Notes under the pieces: generated by a model
What the model saw: only the letters and a program-made list of their open reading frames with translations
What the model was told of the DNA's origin: nothing
Databases searched by the model: none
Shown: positions 29,137-39,560 of the stretch, in pieces
Layout of the letters: the number at the start of each line of letters is the position of its first letter
Numbering within the stretch: position 1 is the first letter of the stretch
Assembly: GCA_963851415.1 (NCBI GenBank)
Contig: CAWKPF010000003.1
Coordinates: 2,184,097 to 2,248,096, forward strand
Direction: 5' to 3'
DNA from: an uncultured Acidobacteriota bacterium
Lineage (GTDB): Bacteria; Acidobacteriota; Thermoanaerobaculia; Multivoradales; Multivoraceae
Length of the DNA: 64,000 nucleotides
Made by a program: the position numbers and the translations under genes

Positions 29137-32100
29137 ATGGAAGCAGGCCAGCAGGCGGCTGATAGCGAAAAGAAGAAGCGACCGACGCGCAGACGCAGGA
29201 GGCGTGGTCGGTCCCGACCCCGTTCCAGATCCGGCGGAGATCTGCTACCGCTGCACCAGCGCAGCACCTCCCATTTCAAGGCACCGGATCGGCGCCGCGG
29301 AGAGAGGTACTTCTCTCAAGGGCGGGTCAATCTGGAGGTCGAGGGCCAGCGCGCCCGCGCTCGAGTCCTGGGAACGGAACGAGCCACCTACGCGGTCGGT
29401 CTCGATTGGTCACGGGTCGAGAGTGATCGAAAGCTCCATGTCTTCTGTGAGTGCGAGCGCTTTGCCGGAGGCAGTCCGTGCAAGCACATCTGGGCGACGC
29501 TTCTCCAGCTGGGCTCGGAGTTCCCTGAGGCTCAGCCGGCCGGTAAGGACCGCGTTGGCCTGCGTCGCGATCGCGCCGCCTCCTGGAACGACCTCGAGAT
29601 CTCGTCCGACTCGATCGAGACTCGAAAGCGACCGCGGGCGGCCAACGTGCACCAGGCGCGAAGCAGGGGTGGTGGCCCCCGTAACTGGCGCTCTCATCTG
29701 GACTCCGTACAGGACGAGATCGAACGTGCCACGGACCGGAAGCCGCAACCGGCCAGCGAAATCACTTCTGAGGACCAGACGGTCGATCTACTGATCAACA
29801 CCACTTCGAGTGCCGAGGCGGGGAATCTCATCGTCGACGTCTTCGCTCGCCGCCAGACTCAGAATGGCAAGCCCGGCAAGCTGCGGCGCATCGGTCTCGA
29901 TCTCGCCGAGCTGGGAGATCTTCTCAATCACCCCGTGTCGCTTCCGGCCGACGATTCGGGCGCCTGCGACAAGGTGGCGGTCGTCGCCGCTCTCGCCGAC
30001 GAGCCCCAGCGGGCCCCGTCGAAGAATCAGTCTCGCAGTCGACGTGGCAAACGCCCACCAGAGAACGCGGCACACAAGAACGGCAATCTGTTTCGCCGCT
30101 TCGGACTGCCTCGCCCCGTGTACTCCGCACTGCTCCCTCAGCTCTGCGACAGCGGACGTCTCCGACTTTGGGACGGCCGCCGACTCGGCGATCCGAAGCC
30201 CCTCTCGTGGGACGAAGGCTCCCCCTGGCGCTTCTCGCTCCATCTCGAGTTCGCCGCAGCGAGTCGGATGCGACTCCGCGGTCTGCTCGAGCGCGGGAAA
30301 GAGACCCTGCCCGTGAGCAAGGTTCAACTCGTCCTTCCCGGATCGACCAATGGCAGCGGACCGAAGCGCTCCGCCTCCGACGACTCCGGCCCCTCGGAGG
30401 ATCGAGACCTGGGCACACTGCTCTTTCTCGACGACTCGATCGGCCGTCTGGAGATCCAGACGGCGAGTGACCTTCCCTGGCTCGATCTGCTGATCAAGGA
30501 AGGGGACATCGTCTTCCCCGAGGAGGATCTGGCAGAAGCCGTCACCAGCCTTCTGGAGATGCCCGACCTTCCCCACCTCGAGGCGCCCGAGGAGTTTCAG
30601 CTCTCCAAGGCAGTGACCCGTCCGCAGCCGAGACTGGTTCTCGAGCCAGAGGACACTCCGGAGTGGATGAACCCTCAACTGGTCGCCGAGGTCTACTTTC
30701 GCTACGGCGATGTCCTGGTCAGCGTGGCGGATGATCGGCCCGCGATCATCGACTTCGAAAACCACAGTTTCGTTCGACGCGACATGGAGCTCGAGGACGC
30801 GGCGTTGGTTCGTCTTCTGGAGCTGGGGCTCAAGCCCGCCTCCTCGGGACACGAAGACCACCTCGAGGTCGACCCCCGCGAGTTGCCGACGATTGCAGAG
30901 CCGCTGCTGCGCGACGGTTGGGAAGTCGAAGCGCGCGGCACCTCGATCCGTTCTGGCAGTCCCCCAGCGCTGCGGGTCGAAAGCGGAGTCGACTGGTTCG
31001 AGCTCAACGGGCAGGTCGACTTCGACGGCGACGCGGTGGACTTTTCTCGGATTCTCGATGCCATCTCCAAGGGAGAGCGCACGGTCAAACTCGATGACGG
31101 ATCCGAGGGACTGCTGCCGTCGGAATGGGTCGACACCTACGATTCGCTCGCCCAGCTCGCGCACGGCTCCTCCGACAACGGGCTGCGTTTCCTCCCCTCG
31201 CAGGCGCTGCTCGTGGACGCGCTGCTGGTGGCAATGCCGCCGGTCGATGTCGACCGCGCCTTTGCCGATCTTCGCGAGAAGCTCCAGACGTTCGAGAGCA
31301 TCAAGCCGAAGAAGGAACCGCGCGGCTTCGGGGGAACGCTGCGTAGCTACCAGCAGGTGGGTCTGGGATGGCTCTGCTTCCTGCGCGAGTTCGGCCTCGG
31401 CGGCATCCTCGCGGATGACATGGGGCTGGGCAAGACGGTCCAGGCGCTGGCGCTGCTCAAGAGTTTTCGAACTCCTTCGAAGAGCTCGGGCCTACCCTAC
31501 CTGGTCGTCGCACCGCGCAGCCTGGTCTACAACTGGATCGACGAGGCCGCCCGCTTCACTCCCCAGCTCAGGGTGGTCGAGTACAGCGGCTCCGACCGGG
31601 AGTCACTCCAGGGCCGGCTGAAGGAGTACGACATCGTCGTCACGACCTACGGCACCCTGCGCAGAGACGTCGCCTTCCTGGCCACCGTCGAGTTCGACAC
31701 CGTGATCCTCGACGAAGCCCAGGCGATCAAGAATCCCGAGTCCCACACCGCCAAGGCCTCTCGCCTGCTCAACGCGCGCAACCGACTCGCCTTGACCGGT
31801 ACGCCGATCGAGAACCACCTCGGCGAGCTGGGCTCGATCTTCGAGTTCCTGAACCCGGGACTGCTCGGCAGACTCCCTGCGCTGGATGTTCTCGCCAGTG
31901 GTCGAGAAGCCAGCCAGCAGGAGCTCGCGCTGGTGGCCAAGGGGATCCGACCCTTCATCCTGCGCCGCACGAAGGAGGAGGTGCTCACGGATCTGCCGGA
32001 GAAGACCGAGCAGATTCTGCACTGCGCTCTCGGCCGCGAGCAACGGGAGCTGTACGACCAGCTCAGCGCCACGTATCGCGAGAGTCTGCTCGAACAGGTC

Positions 32101-32721
32101 GAGTCCAAAGGCATCGGAGGATCGACCATGCAGGTCCTCGAGGCACTGCTGCGGCTGCGCCAGGTGGCCTGTCACCCGGGGCTGGTCGACGAGTCCTGGG
32201 AGGCCGCGGGCAGCGCGAAGATCGACGTTCTGTTCGAGCAGGCCCGCGAAGTCCTGTCGGAGGGGCACAAGGTGGTGGTCTTCTCGCAGTTCACCAGTCT
32301 GCTCGCGTATGTGCGGGAGCGCCTCGATGCAGAAGGCGCGAACTACGCCTACCTCGACGGACAGACTCGCGATCGCAAGGGAATCGTCGAACGGTTCCAG
32401 ACCGATCCCGACTGCAACCTCTTCCTGATCAGCCTCAAGGCCGGCGGCGTGGGGCTCAACCTGACTGCGGCGAGCTATGTCTTCCTACTCGATCCGTGGT
32501 GGAACCCCGCGGTCGAGGCTCAGGCGATCGACCGCACCCATCGCATCGGCCAGACGCAAAAGGTCTTCGCCTATCGATTGATCGCCAGCGACACCGTCGA
32601 GGAGAAGATGGTCGAGCTCCAGGCATCCAAGCGGAAGCTCGCCGATGCCATTCTCGACGGCGAGGGCGGCACGTCCCTGAAGGACCTGACGGCAGACGAC
32701 CTGCGCGTTCTCCTGAGCTAG
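29137..32721 (+). CDS. SWIM zinc finger + SNF2/Swi2 helicase-like ATPase
   Basis: CECxxxxxxxPCKH (SWIM), LADDMGLGKT, DEAQ, LTGTP, FSQF, AGGVGLNL and QAIDRTHRIGQ. Confidence 0.96.
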   Translation: MEAGQQAADSEKKKRPTRRRRRRGRSRPRSRSGGDLLPLHQRSTSHFKAPDRRRGERYFSQGRVNLEVEGQRARARVLGTERATYAVGLDWSRVESDRKLHVFCECERFAGGSPCKHIWATLLQLGSEFPEAQPAGKDRVGLRRDRAASWNDLEISSDSIETRKRPRAANVHQARSRGGGPRNWRSHLDSVQDEIERATDRKPQPASEITSEDQTVDLLINTTSSAEAGNLIVDVFARRQTQNGKPGKLRRIGLDLAELGDLLNHPVSLPADDSGACDKVAVVAALADEPQRAPSKNQSRSRRGKRPPENAAHKNGNLFRRFGLPRPVYSALLPQLCDSGRLRLWDGRRLGDPKPLSWDEGSPWRFSLHLEFAAASRMRLRGLLERGKETLPVSKVQLVLPGSTNGSGPKRSASDDSGPSEDRDLGTLLFLDDSIGRLEIQTASDLPWLDLLIKEGDIVFPEEDLAEAVTSLLEMPDLPHLEAPEEFQLSKAVTRPQPRLVLEPEDTPEWMNPQLVAEVYFRYGDVLVSVADDRPAIIDFENHSFVRRDMELEDAALVRLLELGLKPASSGHEDHLEVDPRELPTIAEPLLRDGWEVEARGTSIRSGSPPALRVESGVDWFELNGQVDFDGDAVDFSRILDAISKGERTVKLDDGSEGLLPSEWVDTYDSLAQLAHGSSDNGLRFLPSQALLVDALLVAMPPVDVDRAFADLREKLQTFESIKPKKEPRGFGGTLRSYQQVGLGWLCFLREFGLGGILADDMGLGKTVQALALLKSFRTPSKSSGLPYLVVAPRSLVYNWIDEAARFTPQLRVVEYSGSDRESLQGRLKEYDIVVTTYGTLRRDVAFLATVEFDTVILDEAQAIKNPESHTAKASRLLNARNRLALTGTPIENHLGELGSIFEFLNPGLLGRLPALDVLASGREASQQELALVAKGIRPFILRRTKEEVLTDLPEKTEQILHCALGREQRELYDQLSATYRESLLEQVESKGIGGSTMQVLEALLRLRQVACHPGLVDESWEAAGSAKIDVLFEQAREVLSEGHKVVVFSQFTSLLAYVRERLDAEGANYAYLDGQTRDRKGIVERFQTDPDCNLFLISLKAGGVGLNLTAASYVFLLDPWWNPAVEAQAIDRTHRIGQTQKVFAYRLIASDTVEEKMVELQASKRKLADAILDGEGGTSLKDLTADDLRVLLS

Positions 32722-32797
32722 CGGTCGGCCAGGTCGGCGTATGGAATGCCCGGTGAAGTAGACTCTACGGACCTCGAACAGGAGAGCTGCTTACCTG

Positions 32798-33781
32798 ATG
32801 GTCAGTCCTCGATCGGCCCTCGTCCTGGGCCTGGTGTCTTCGGCTGCACTGGTCGGCGTGCTGGCGGGACCGCGAGTGCGGGTCGATCTTCCGGAGCACG
32901 GGACGCCGCCGCTGGAAGATCTGGACGCCTACCTCGCCGAAGCAGAGGCACACCACGGCGACTTGAGGCCAGGAACGGAGAAGACGATCGTCTGGCACGA
33001 TCCACTCCTTCGCAGCCCCACTCCCGTCAGCGTCGTCTATCTCCACGGCTTCTCGGCCACTCGCCAGGAGACCGCTCCTCTGGCGGAGCTCATCGCATCT
33101 CGCCTGGAGGCCAATCTCTTCTACACCCGGTTGGCCGGGCACGGGCGCCCGGGCGACGCGATGGGCGAGGCGACCGCAGGCGACTGGCTGGCCGACGCCC
33201 TCGAGGCTTTCGCGATCGGTCAACAGCTCGGTGATCGTGTCGTCGTGATCGGAACCTCGACCGGCGGCACCCTTGCGCTGTGGCTGGCGGGCCAGACCCT
33301 GGAAGACCCCTCGATCGCGCGGAGCCTCGAAGCCGTCGTGCTGATCTCACCGAACCTCGGCCCCGCCGACTCGCGATCCGAAATGTTGCTCTGGCCCTGG
33401 GGCCGTCGGCTCGCCCATGCCGTGCAGGGCTCCCACTACGAATGGGAACCAGCCAACGAGGACCACGCACGTTACTGGAGCCTACGCTACCCGACCGATG
33501 CACTGGTCGAGATGATGGCCCTGGTGGCATCAGTCAGGGACCTTCCCCTGCAAGAGATCCGGGTGCCCGCTCTGATCTTCTTCTCACCAGACGACCAGGT
33601 CGTGGATGCGTCGAAGATCGAGCTCCATGCAGACCGACTCGGGGCAACTCCGAAGAAGCTGATTCCCGTCACAGACACCGGAGATCCGTCGCGCCACGTC
33701 CTCGCGGGATCCGTGCTCTCACCCCAGACCACCGAGAGAATGGCCCGTGAATCCGTCGACTTCCTCCGCTCCCTTCACTGA
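32798..33781 (+). CDS. Membrane-anchored alpha/beta hydrolase (esterase/lysophospholipase-like)
   Basis: N-terminal TM. YLHGFSA, GTSTG nucleophile elbow, DQVV and HVLAG. Confidence 0.88.
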   Translation: MVSPRSALVLGLVSSAALVGVLAGPRVRVDLPEHGTPPLEDLDAYLAEAEAHHGDLRPGTEKTIVWHDPLLRSPTPVSVVYLHGFSATRQETAPLAELIASRLEANLFYTRLAGHGRPGDAMGEATAGDWLADALEAFAIGQQLGDRVVVIGTSTGGTLALWLAGQTLEDPSIARSLEAVVLISPNLGPADSRSEMLLWPWGRRLAHAVQGSHYEWEPANEDHARYWSLRYPTDALVEMMALVASVRDLPLQEIRVPALIFFSPDDQVVDASKIELHADRLGATPKKLIPVTDTGDPSRHVLAGSVLSPQTTERMARESVDFLRSLH

Positions 33782-33811
33782 GGCCGTTCTCGTCCCTTCA
33801 GAGGTGAACCC

Positions 33812-35254
33812 ATGAAAAAGTTCCTCATCTTCCTGGCCATCGTCGCGGCGATCCTGCTCGGCCTCTTCCTGTTCCTCCGGGCCAAATTGAACCCGGAGGC
33901 TCTCGGCGAGATGCTGCTCGAGAAGGTCAACGCACAGGAGGGCCTGACCATGGAGGCTGCCCGCTTCGAGGTCGGAATCTTCAGCGGACTCGTTCTCGAG
34001 AACGCAACGGTCACTTCGACCAACGAGTCGGGCTCCATGAATGCGCAGCTCAGCACCTTCGTGGTGGAATATCAATTGATGCCCATCCTCAAAGGGGAGC
34101 TCGTGATCGATCGGATCCTGATCGACTCTCCGACCATCGAGATCGTGGCCTCGGCCTCGGCCGCAGACCAGGAGATCGACGAGGCTGAGGAGCCAGCGGC
34201 GCCGGCTACCGAGCCCGAGCCCGCGGAGGCGACGTCCTCCAGCGACGGAGACGGCGACGGCTTCAGTCCGACCTTGTCGATCGGCGAGCTCCGGATCAAC
34301 GGTGCGTCGCTCACCGTGCGAAGCGCCGAAAGCACCAGCCCCGATCTGGCGGTGACCGGACTCGACCTGAGTCTCGACGACTTTCTGTTCGACACCGCTG
34401 CGCCACAGCCCATCCTCGCGCTCCGCGCCCGTGGCGGCATCAGTCTGCAACAGGTCACGGCAGGCGAGCTACGACTCGAAGGCGGACGCGGTGAGCTCGA
34501 GTTGGCGGAGGGCATCGTCACGATCACGGGGCTCGGCATCAGCACACCCTCCGCCGACATGGAGATCCAGGGGCTCGAGGCGGACCTGGGTGTACCGACC
34601 ATGCCGTTCGAGCTGACCCTCACGGGCAAGGTCGATCTCGACCAGATCCTGGAAGTCGAGGGCGGCGGCAGCTTCGGCGAGTCCACGCTCGAGCTCGCGC
34701 TCTCCGGCGAAGGTCCCGACCCGGCGCGGGCGCAGGGAGACGGTACCCTGCACGTCCCAGACGGCCAACTTCCCTCCTTCAAGGCTCTGGAGCTGATCGA
34801 ACGACTGCTCGGAGGCCCGAGCGTGTCGGGCGAGGACTACCTGGGGCCCGACATCGTCTTTCACCTGAGCGAGGGAACCCTCGTCCTCGATCCGTTCGAG
34901 CTGGGCCTGGAGCGACTCCGCCTGGCGGCCGGCGGGTGGGTCGAGCTGGCGGGCCCGATCGATCTTCGGGCAGCGGTAAAGGCACCCCGGGAGTCTGTCA
35001 ACGTCAAGGCGCTCGATCCCTTCATCGACTCACTGACCGACGCCGAGGGCTGGACCGCGATTCCGATCGTGATCGGAGGGACCCTCGAAGAGCCGGACGT
35101 CGACGTCGACCTGTCCTCCGTCAAGGAGACCGCCGTCGACATGGGCAAGTCCGCGGCCAAGAACGCAGTTGGCGGGATGCTCGAGCGTGAGACAGAGAAA
35201 CGGCGCCAGAAGAGAGCCGAAAAGAAGGCCAGGAAGGAGGGCGGTGGGAGCTGA
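33812..35254 (+). CDS. AsmA family protein
   Basis: MKKFL plus TM anchor, LMPILKGELVIDRILIDSPTI, and C-terminal IPIVIGGTLEEP. Confidence 0.82.
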   Translation: MKKFLIFLAIVAAILLGLFLFLRAKLNPEALGEMLLEKVNAQEGLTMEAARFEVGIFSGLVLENATVTSTNESGSMNAQLSTFVVEYQLMPILKGELVIDRILIDSPTIEIVASASAADQEIDEAEEPAAPATEPEPAEATSSSDGDGDGFSPTLSIGELRINGASLTVRSAESTSPDLAVTGLDLSLDDFLFDTAAPQPILALRARGGISLQQVTAGELRLEGGRGELELAEGIVTITGLGISTPSADMEIQGLEADLGVPTMPFELTLTGKVDLDQILEVEGGGSFGESTLELALSGEGPDPARAQGDGTLHVPDGQLPSFKALELIERLLGGPSVSGEDYLGPDIVFHLSEGTLVLDPFELGLERLRLAAGGWVELAGPIDLRAAVKAPRESVNVKALDPFIDSLTDAEGWTAIPIVIGGTLEEPDVDVDLSSVKETAVDMGKSAAKNAVGGMLERETEKRRQKRAEKKARKEGGGS

Positions 35255-35279
35255 GCTCGTGCGCTCTGCGTGCCTTCGA

Positions 35280-37184
35280 TCAGTAGTCCAGATCGTCCGC
35301 CGAGAACTCTCGCGCCGGATCGCCACCGAGGATGGTCGAGAGCATCGAGTTCATGGTCGCCCGGTCGTTGTCGAACTTGCCATGAGCCGCAGCCTGGGAC
35401 TCGGCATCGCGCCCCGACATGGTAACGACGAATCGACCCCGCAGGCGGGCGATCGGGCCCGCTACGGCTTCCTGTTCGAGATCCTTCGCCAGCCCGAGGA
35501 GCGGCACGCCGAGACCGTTCAGCTCTCGCCTCGTCTTCTCGAAGGAGTTCGCCACCAGGTAGAGCAGCGACTTGCGATAGATCAGGGCGACCGTGTCGTC
35601 ACGCTCCTTCTCGTCGGCGAGCACGAAGAGGCGACAACGCTCGACCGTGTGGTCCTGCAAACGCGGCAGGATCAGGCGAAGAAACAGTTCGTGGGTGCAG
35701 GCCGGCGCGAACAAGATCAGGTTCTCGATCCGAGGGCCTCGCAGGTCGTGCCACCGTCGCAGAAGATGGGCCAGCCACACGCCTCCGGCGCTGTGGCCCA
35801 CCAGATGAAGCCGTGACCGGGGCCCGTTCTCCGGTAAGGCACCCTTCAAGAGATCCAGGGTCTGACTCCCGGCAGGTCGAGCCCCACCGTCGGAGCTGCT
35901 GGCGTCGAAGGCCATCTCCGCGTCCGACAGGATTTCGCGCCACAGGCTCCTTCCCGGCAACCAGGCCGCCTTCTCGATCTGCCGGTCCCACCAGCTGGAC
36001 CGTGGGCCGCCTGCCCGCTCTCGGGCGAAGTCCTGCTTTCCGAACAAGATGTCGCGCAGCTCGCCCCACAGTCCGGTTTCCCAGATGTAGTGCAGACCAT
36101 AGACATCGTTGGCTTCGAAGACCGGCGTCAACGCCCCCACGCGCCTGGCCGCCGCCTTCACCGAGTTCAGGCCACCGTGAGCCCACAACACGACATGCTT
36201 CGCGTCGCTCGCGGCGGCCATGTTCTCGCGAGCCTGAGCCGCGCTGGAGGGATAGTCACCCTCGGGATCGAAGCGCCCGTCGTCGATGTGCAGGTACTGG
36301 CCCCGGATCTGGGCCGCAGGTGGCGCAGCCGTGACCCGTTCCGGCCCGGTTCCGAGCTCCACGATCGACCGGCTCAGAGCCAGCGCTTCGATCGACTCCA
36401 CTGGTCGCGCCATGCGTGCCACCCAGATGTCCATCACGTTTCGATCGAAGTCCGGGAAGCTCCACAATGCCACCCCCGGAAGGACCTCCCCGTCGATCTC
36501 GAAACCTCCCCAGGACTCTCCCCAGGAGTTCTGGATCAGAAAGCCGTCCTCGGTGTAGCCCAGAACGGCGAACGCGTGTCCGGAAAGCTCTCGGTCTTCC
36601 GGATGAGAGGGAATCACTCCTCCGGAGGGATCGTTCCATCCGGCGTGCACCTGCGCGGTGACCAGGACTGCCTCCACCTCGTTGAGGGCCGCCTGCAGGT
36701 CGACTCTCCTCGGATGAACCCGATAGTAGGCCCCGAGAGGATTGCGCAGCGCTCCCTGTTGTCGTCGGCTGGTCAGCGAGCCCGGGCGCTCCACCCGATA
36801 GGGCCATTCGGTCTCTGCACATACGCCATGCTTGTGCCAGCCCTTCATGGCCCCGCGAGCGCTCGAGCCGTCGTAGTCTTCTCCCGGCCAGCGATCGTGC
36901 TTCTTCGCGACCTCGTACAGCATCCGGGTGCTCACTCTCGCTTTGTGGTCGATCACACCGGCGCGCTCGCGCAGGCCATTCAGGTAGTCGATCACGGCTG
37001 CCAGCGCGAAGCCCGTGCAAGCACCTTCCCCCTCCTGATCCCGGACCTTCAGCAGCTCGCGCTCGGGAAGGATGCGATCTCGCAACTGCGTGAGTGCGGG
37101 ACGGTAGATCAGGTCACGGAAGTCCGCCGAGTCCCGATGAACGTCCAGCACCTGATCGCCGAGTGCGGGAATTCGATTCTCCAT
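35280..37184 (-). CDS. Papain-like C1 cysteine peptidase fused to an alpha/beta-hydrolase domain
   Basis: DQEGEGACTGF, SGHAFAVLGY and IQNSWG, followed by WAHGGLN, GHSAG and FAPAC. Confidence 0.88.
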   Translation of the reverse strand: MENRIPALGDQVLDVHRDSADFRDLIYRPALTQLRDRILPERELLKVRDQEGEGACTGFALAAVIDYLNGLRERAGVIDHKARVSTRMLYEVAKKHDRWPGEDYDGSSARGAMKGWHKHGVCAETEWPYRVERPGSLTSRRQQGALRNPLGAYYRVHPRRVDLQAALNEVEAVLVTAQVHAGWNDPSGGVIPSHPEDRELSGHAFAVLGYTEDGFLIQNSWGESWGGFEIDGEVLPGVALWSFPDFDRNVMDIWVARMARPVESIEALALSRSIVELGTGPERVTAAPPAAQIRGQYLHIDDGRFDPEGDYPSSAAQARENMAAASDAKHVVLWAHGGLNSVKAAARRVGALTPVFEANDVYGLHYIWETGLWGELRDILFGKQDFARERAGGPRSSWWDRQIEKAAWLPGRSLWREILSDAEMAFDASSSDGGARPAGSQTLDLLKGALPENGPRSRLHLVGHSAGGVWLAHLLRRWHDLRGPRIENLILFAPACTHELFLRLILPRLQDHTVERCRLFVLADEKERDDTVALIYRKSLLYLVANSFEKTRRELNGLGVPLLGLAKDLEQEAVAGPIARLRGRFVVTMSGRDAESQAAAHGKFDNDRATMNSMLSTILGGDPAREFSADDLDY

Positions 37185-37416
37185 CTTCTGGCACCCCCAG
37201 TCGTTCCCCTCCTCCCGCCGGCGCAAAGGACCGAACGCCGGCCCCCGAGCGGACGCTCGGACGCGCCCTTCTCCGAGCGAGAGTCCTGAGCTTGCCACAG
37301 CGGGGGCCCATGCCCGAACCACGACCCTCTCGCGCTGAGGCGTCATCTCGCCCATCGGGACTCCGCCTGGTCCATAATCGACTGTCCGAGAACCCCTGTC
37401 CCACCCGGAGGTCCCT

Positions 37417-39063
37417 GTGTACAGCATTTCCAGCGCCCGCCGATTCCCCGTTCTGACCAGCGGCCTGGCCCTCTGCGCCGCGACGATCGTCTGCGCCGCC
37501 TTTGCCGACGGCAGCCACGACCATGGGGGCGACTTCACGCACCCGATCACCACAGACTCGCCACAGGCCCAGAAGCTCTTCGACGGCGGCCTCATGCTGG
37601 CCTGGGGATTCAACCACGAGGAGGCAGCCCGGTCGTTTCGCGAAGCGACCGAGCTCGACCCCGAATGCGCGATGTGTTGGTGGGGAGTCGCCCTCGTTCT
37701 CGGCCCGAACATCAACGCCCCGCTCGATCCGGACAACCATGCCGAGATCCTCACCGCACTCGACAAGGCGAGGCGACTCGCGCCCCAGGCCACCGCTTCC
37801 GAGCAGTCCTACATCCGTGCGCTGGCCACGCGCTATGGCCCCGAGCCCCTCGAAGATCGCTCCGAGCGCGACAAGGCCTGGGCCGACGCCATGCGTCGAG
37901 TCGCCTATGCCTACCCGGACGACCTGGATGCCGCCACGCTGTTCGCCGAGGCGTTGATGGACACCAGTCCCTGGGACTACTGGAAAGAGAACGGGGAGCC
38001 GAAGGAGAACACCGAGGAGTTCATCGGAGTTCTCGAAACGGTGCTTCGACGCGAGCCGCTGCACGCGGGCGCCAACCATCTGCTGGTGCATGCGGTCGAG
38101 AAGGCCCGCCCCGAGATCGGCATACCCGCCGCCGAACGGCTCGACGGCAATCCACAGGCCACCGGACACCTCGTGCACATGGCGTCGCACATCTACATGC
38201 GGGTCGGACGCTGGGACGACGCAGCGCGAGTCAATGCCCGCGCCATCGAGGACGACGACGCCTACGCCGCGACCCACGAAGTCCCAGAGTCCTACATGCC
38301 CTACATGCTGCACAACCATCACATGAGATGGGCTGCCCTCGGCTTCGAGGGGCGAGAGGAAGAAGCCCTGGAAGAGGCCCTCTACCTGGCGGAACGAACG
38401 CCTCCTGAGTTGCTTTCCCAGCCCGAGCTGGCGCTCCTCCAGCACTTCCACGCGGTACCGCTCTTCCACTCCGTGTGGTTCTCCGACTGGGAGCGGATTC
38501 TCGCAGCGCCGGAGCCGGGAGAGGGCCTGCTCTACTCTCGGGGCCTGTGGCACTGGGCACGGGGCATGGCGCTGGCTCGCGCCGGCCGACTCGAAGAAGC
38601 GCTACCCGAGCTGAGCTCGCTTCGAACGGTCGCCGAGAACCCACGGGTCGATGAGGTCGAGTGGGGTCTCAACAAGGGCAGCACATTCCTCCGCATCGCC
38701 GAGCACACCCTGAGCGGCGAAGTGGCACTCGGCCAGGGTCAGTACAAGAAGGCGATTCGACGCCTGGAGGACGCAGTGGACCTCGAAGACTCGCTGGTCT
38801 ACACGGAGCCCCCACCCTGGCTCGGCCCCACGCGACTGGTTCTCGCCAGAGCGCAGATGCTGGCCGGAAGGCCCGGTGACGCGGAGGCCACGTACCGCGC
38901 CGATCTCGAGATCTATCCGCTCAGTGGCTGGGCACTCTCGGGGCTGGCCGAGAGCCTCGAGGCTCTGGACCGTCCCGCCGAGGCCGAGGCCACGCGCCAG
39001 CTCCTGTCGAGGACCTGGACGAGCCCCGGAGAGGGAGCGAGCGGCGGCGGCGGTGGCCGCTGA
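37417..39063 (+). CDS. Secreted TPR-like protein with His cluster (paralogue 1)
   Basis: Signal peptide. GFNHEEAARSF, GANHLLVHAVE, HLVHMASHIY and C-terminal TPRs. Confidence 0.85.
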   Translation: MYSISSARRFPVLTSGLALCAATIVCAAFADGSHDHGGDFTHPITTDSPQAQKLFDGGLMLAWGFNHEEAARSFREATELDPECAMCWWGVALVLGPNINAPLDPDNHAEILTALDKARRLAPQATASEQSYIRALATRYGPEPLEDRSERDKAWADAMRRVAYAYPDDLDAATLFAEALMDTSPWDYWKENGEPKENTEEFIGVLETVLRREPLHAGANHLLVHAVEKARPEIGIPAAERLDGNPQATGHLVHMASHIYMRVGRWDDAARVNARAIEDDDAYAATHEVPESYMPYMLHNHHMRWAALGFEGREEEALEEALYLAERTPPELLSQPELALLQHFHAVPLFHSVWFSDWERILAAPEPGEGLLYSRGLWHWARGMALARAGRLEEALPELSSLRTVAENPRVDEVEWGLNKGSTFLRIAEHTLSGEVALGQGQYKKAIRRLEDAVDLEDSLVYTEPPPWLGPTRLVLARAQMLAGRPGDAEATYRADLEIYPLSGWALSGLAESLEALDRPAEAEATRQLLSRTWTSPGEGASGGGGGR

Positions 39064-39102
39064 GAACCCCCTGGTAGAGTCGTTGCATACCCGGAGGAAC
39101 CG

Positions 39103-39546
39103 ATGGTGAACGACGCCCATGCGAGCACACCCGGCACCCGAGAGCTGGCCCGCAGTTTCATCGAAGAGGTCGTCAACGCCCGCCAGATCGAGGCTCTCGA
39201 CGGGCTGATGCACGAAGACTATGTCGAGCACGAGCCGCTCCCCGGCCAACAGGCCGGGCGAGCCGGAGTTGCCGCCTGGCTCAGGGAGTACTTCACCGCG
39301 TTTCCCGACGTCCACTGGCAGCTCCAGGAGCAGATCGTCGAGAACGATCGTGTGGCCAGCCGAATCGTGGCCTCCGGAACCCACCAGGGTGACTTCCTCG
39401 GGGTTCCTGCGACCGGCCATTCCATGAGGTTCGTCGTCCTGCTCTTCCAGCGCATGGAAAACGGGCAGATCGTCGAGGGGTACACCTACCGAGACAGCCT
39501 CGCTGCCCTACGCCAACTCGGCCAGATCTCGACTCCGAAAGACTGA
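39103..39546 (+). CDS. SnoaL-like ester cyclase (NTF2 fold), paralogue 1
   Basis: AFPD, DRV, GTHQGDFLGVPATG, GQIVE and LRQLG. Confidence 0.9.
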   Translation: MVNDAHASTPGTRELARSFIEEVVNARQIEALDGLMHEDYVEHEPLPGQQAGRAGVAAWLREYFTAFPDVHWQLQEQIVENDRVASRIVASGTHQGDFLGVPATGHSMRFVVLLFQRMENGQIVEGYTYRDSLAALRQLGQISTPKD

Positions 39547-39560
39547 GACTCGGCTCGACG

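Noticed and set aside
29137-32721. Anti-phage system built around the SNF2 helicase
   Set aside because: The SWIM-SNF2 architecture is a common standalone chromosomal type, with no methylase or nuclease partners here.
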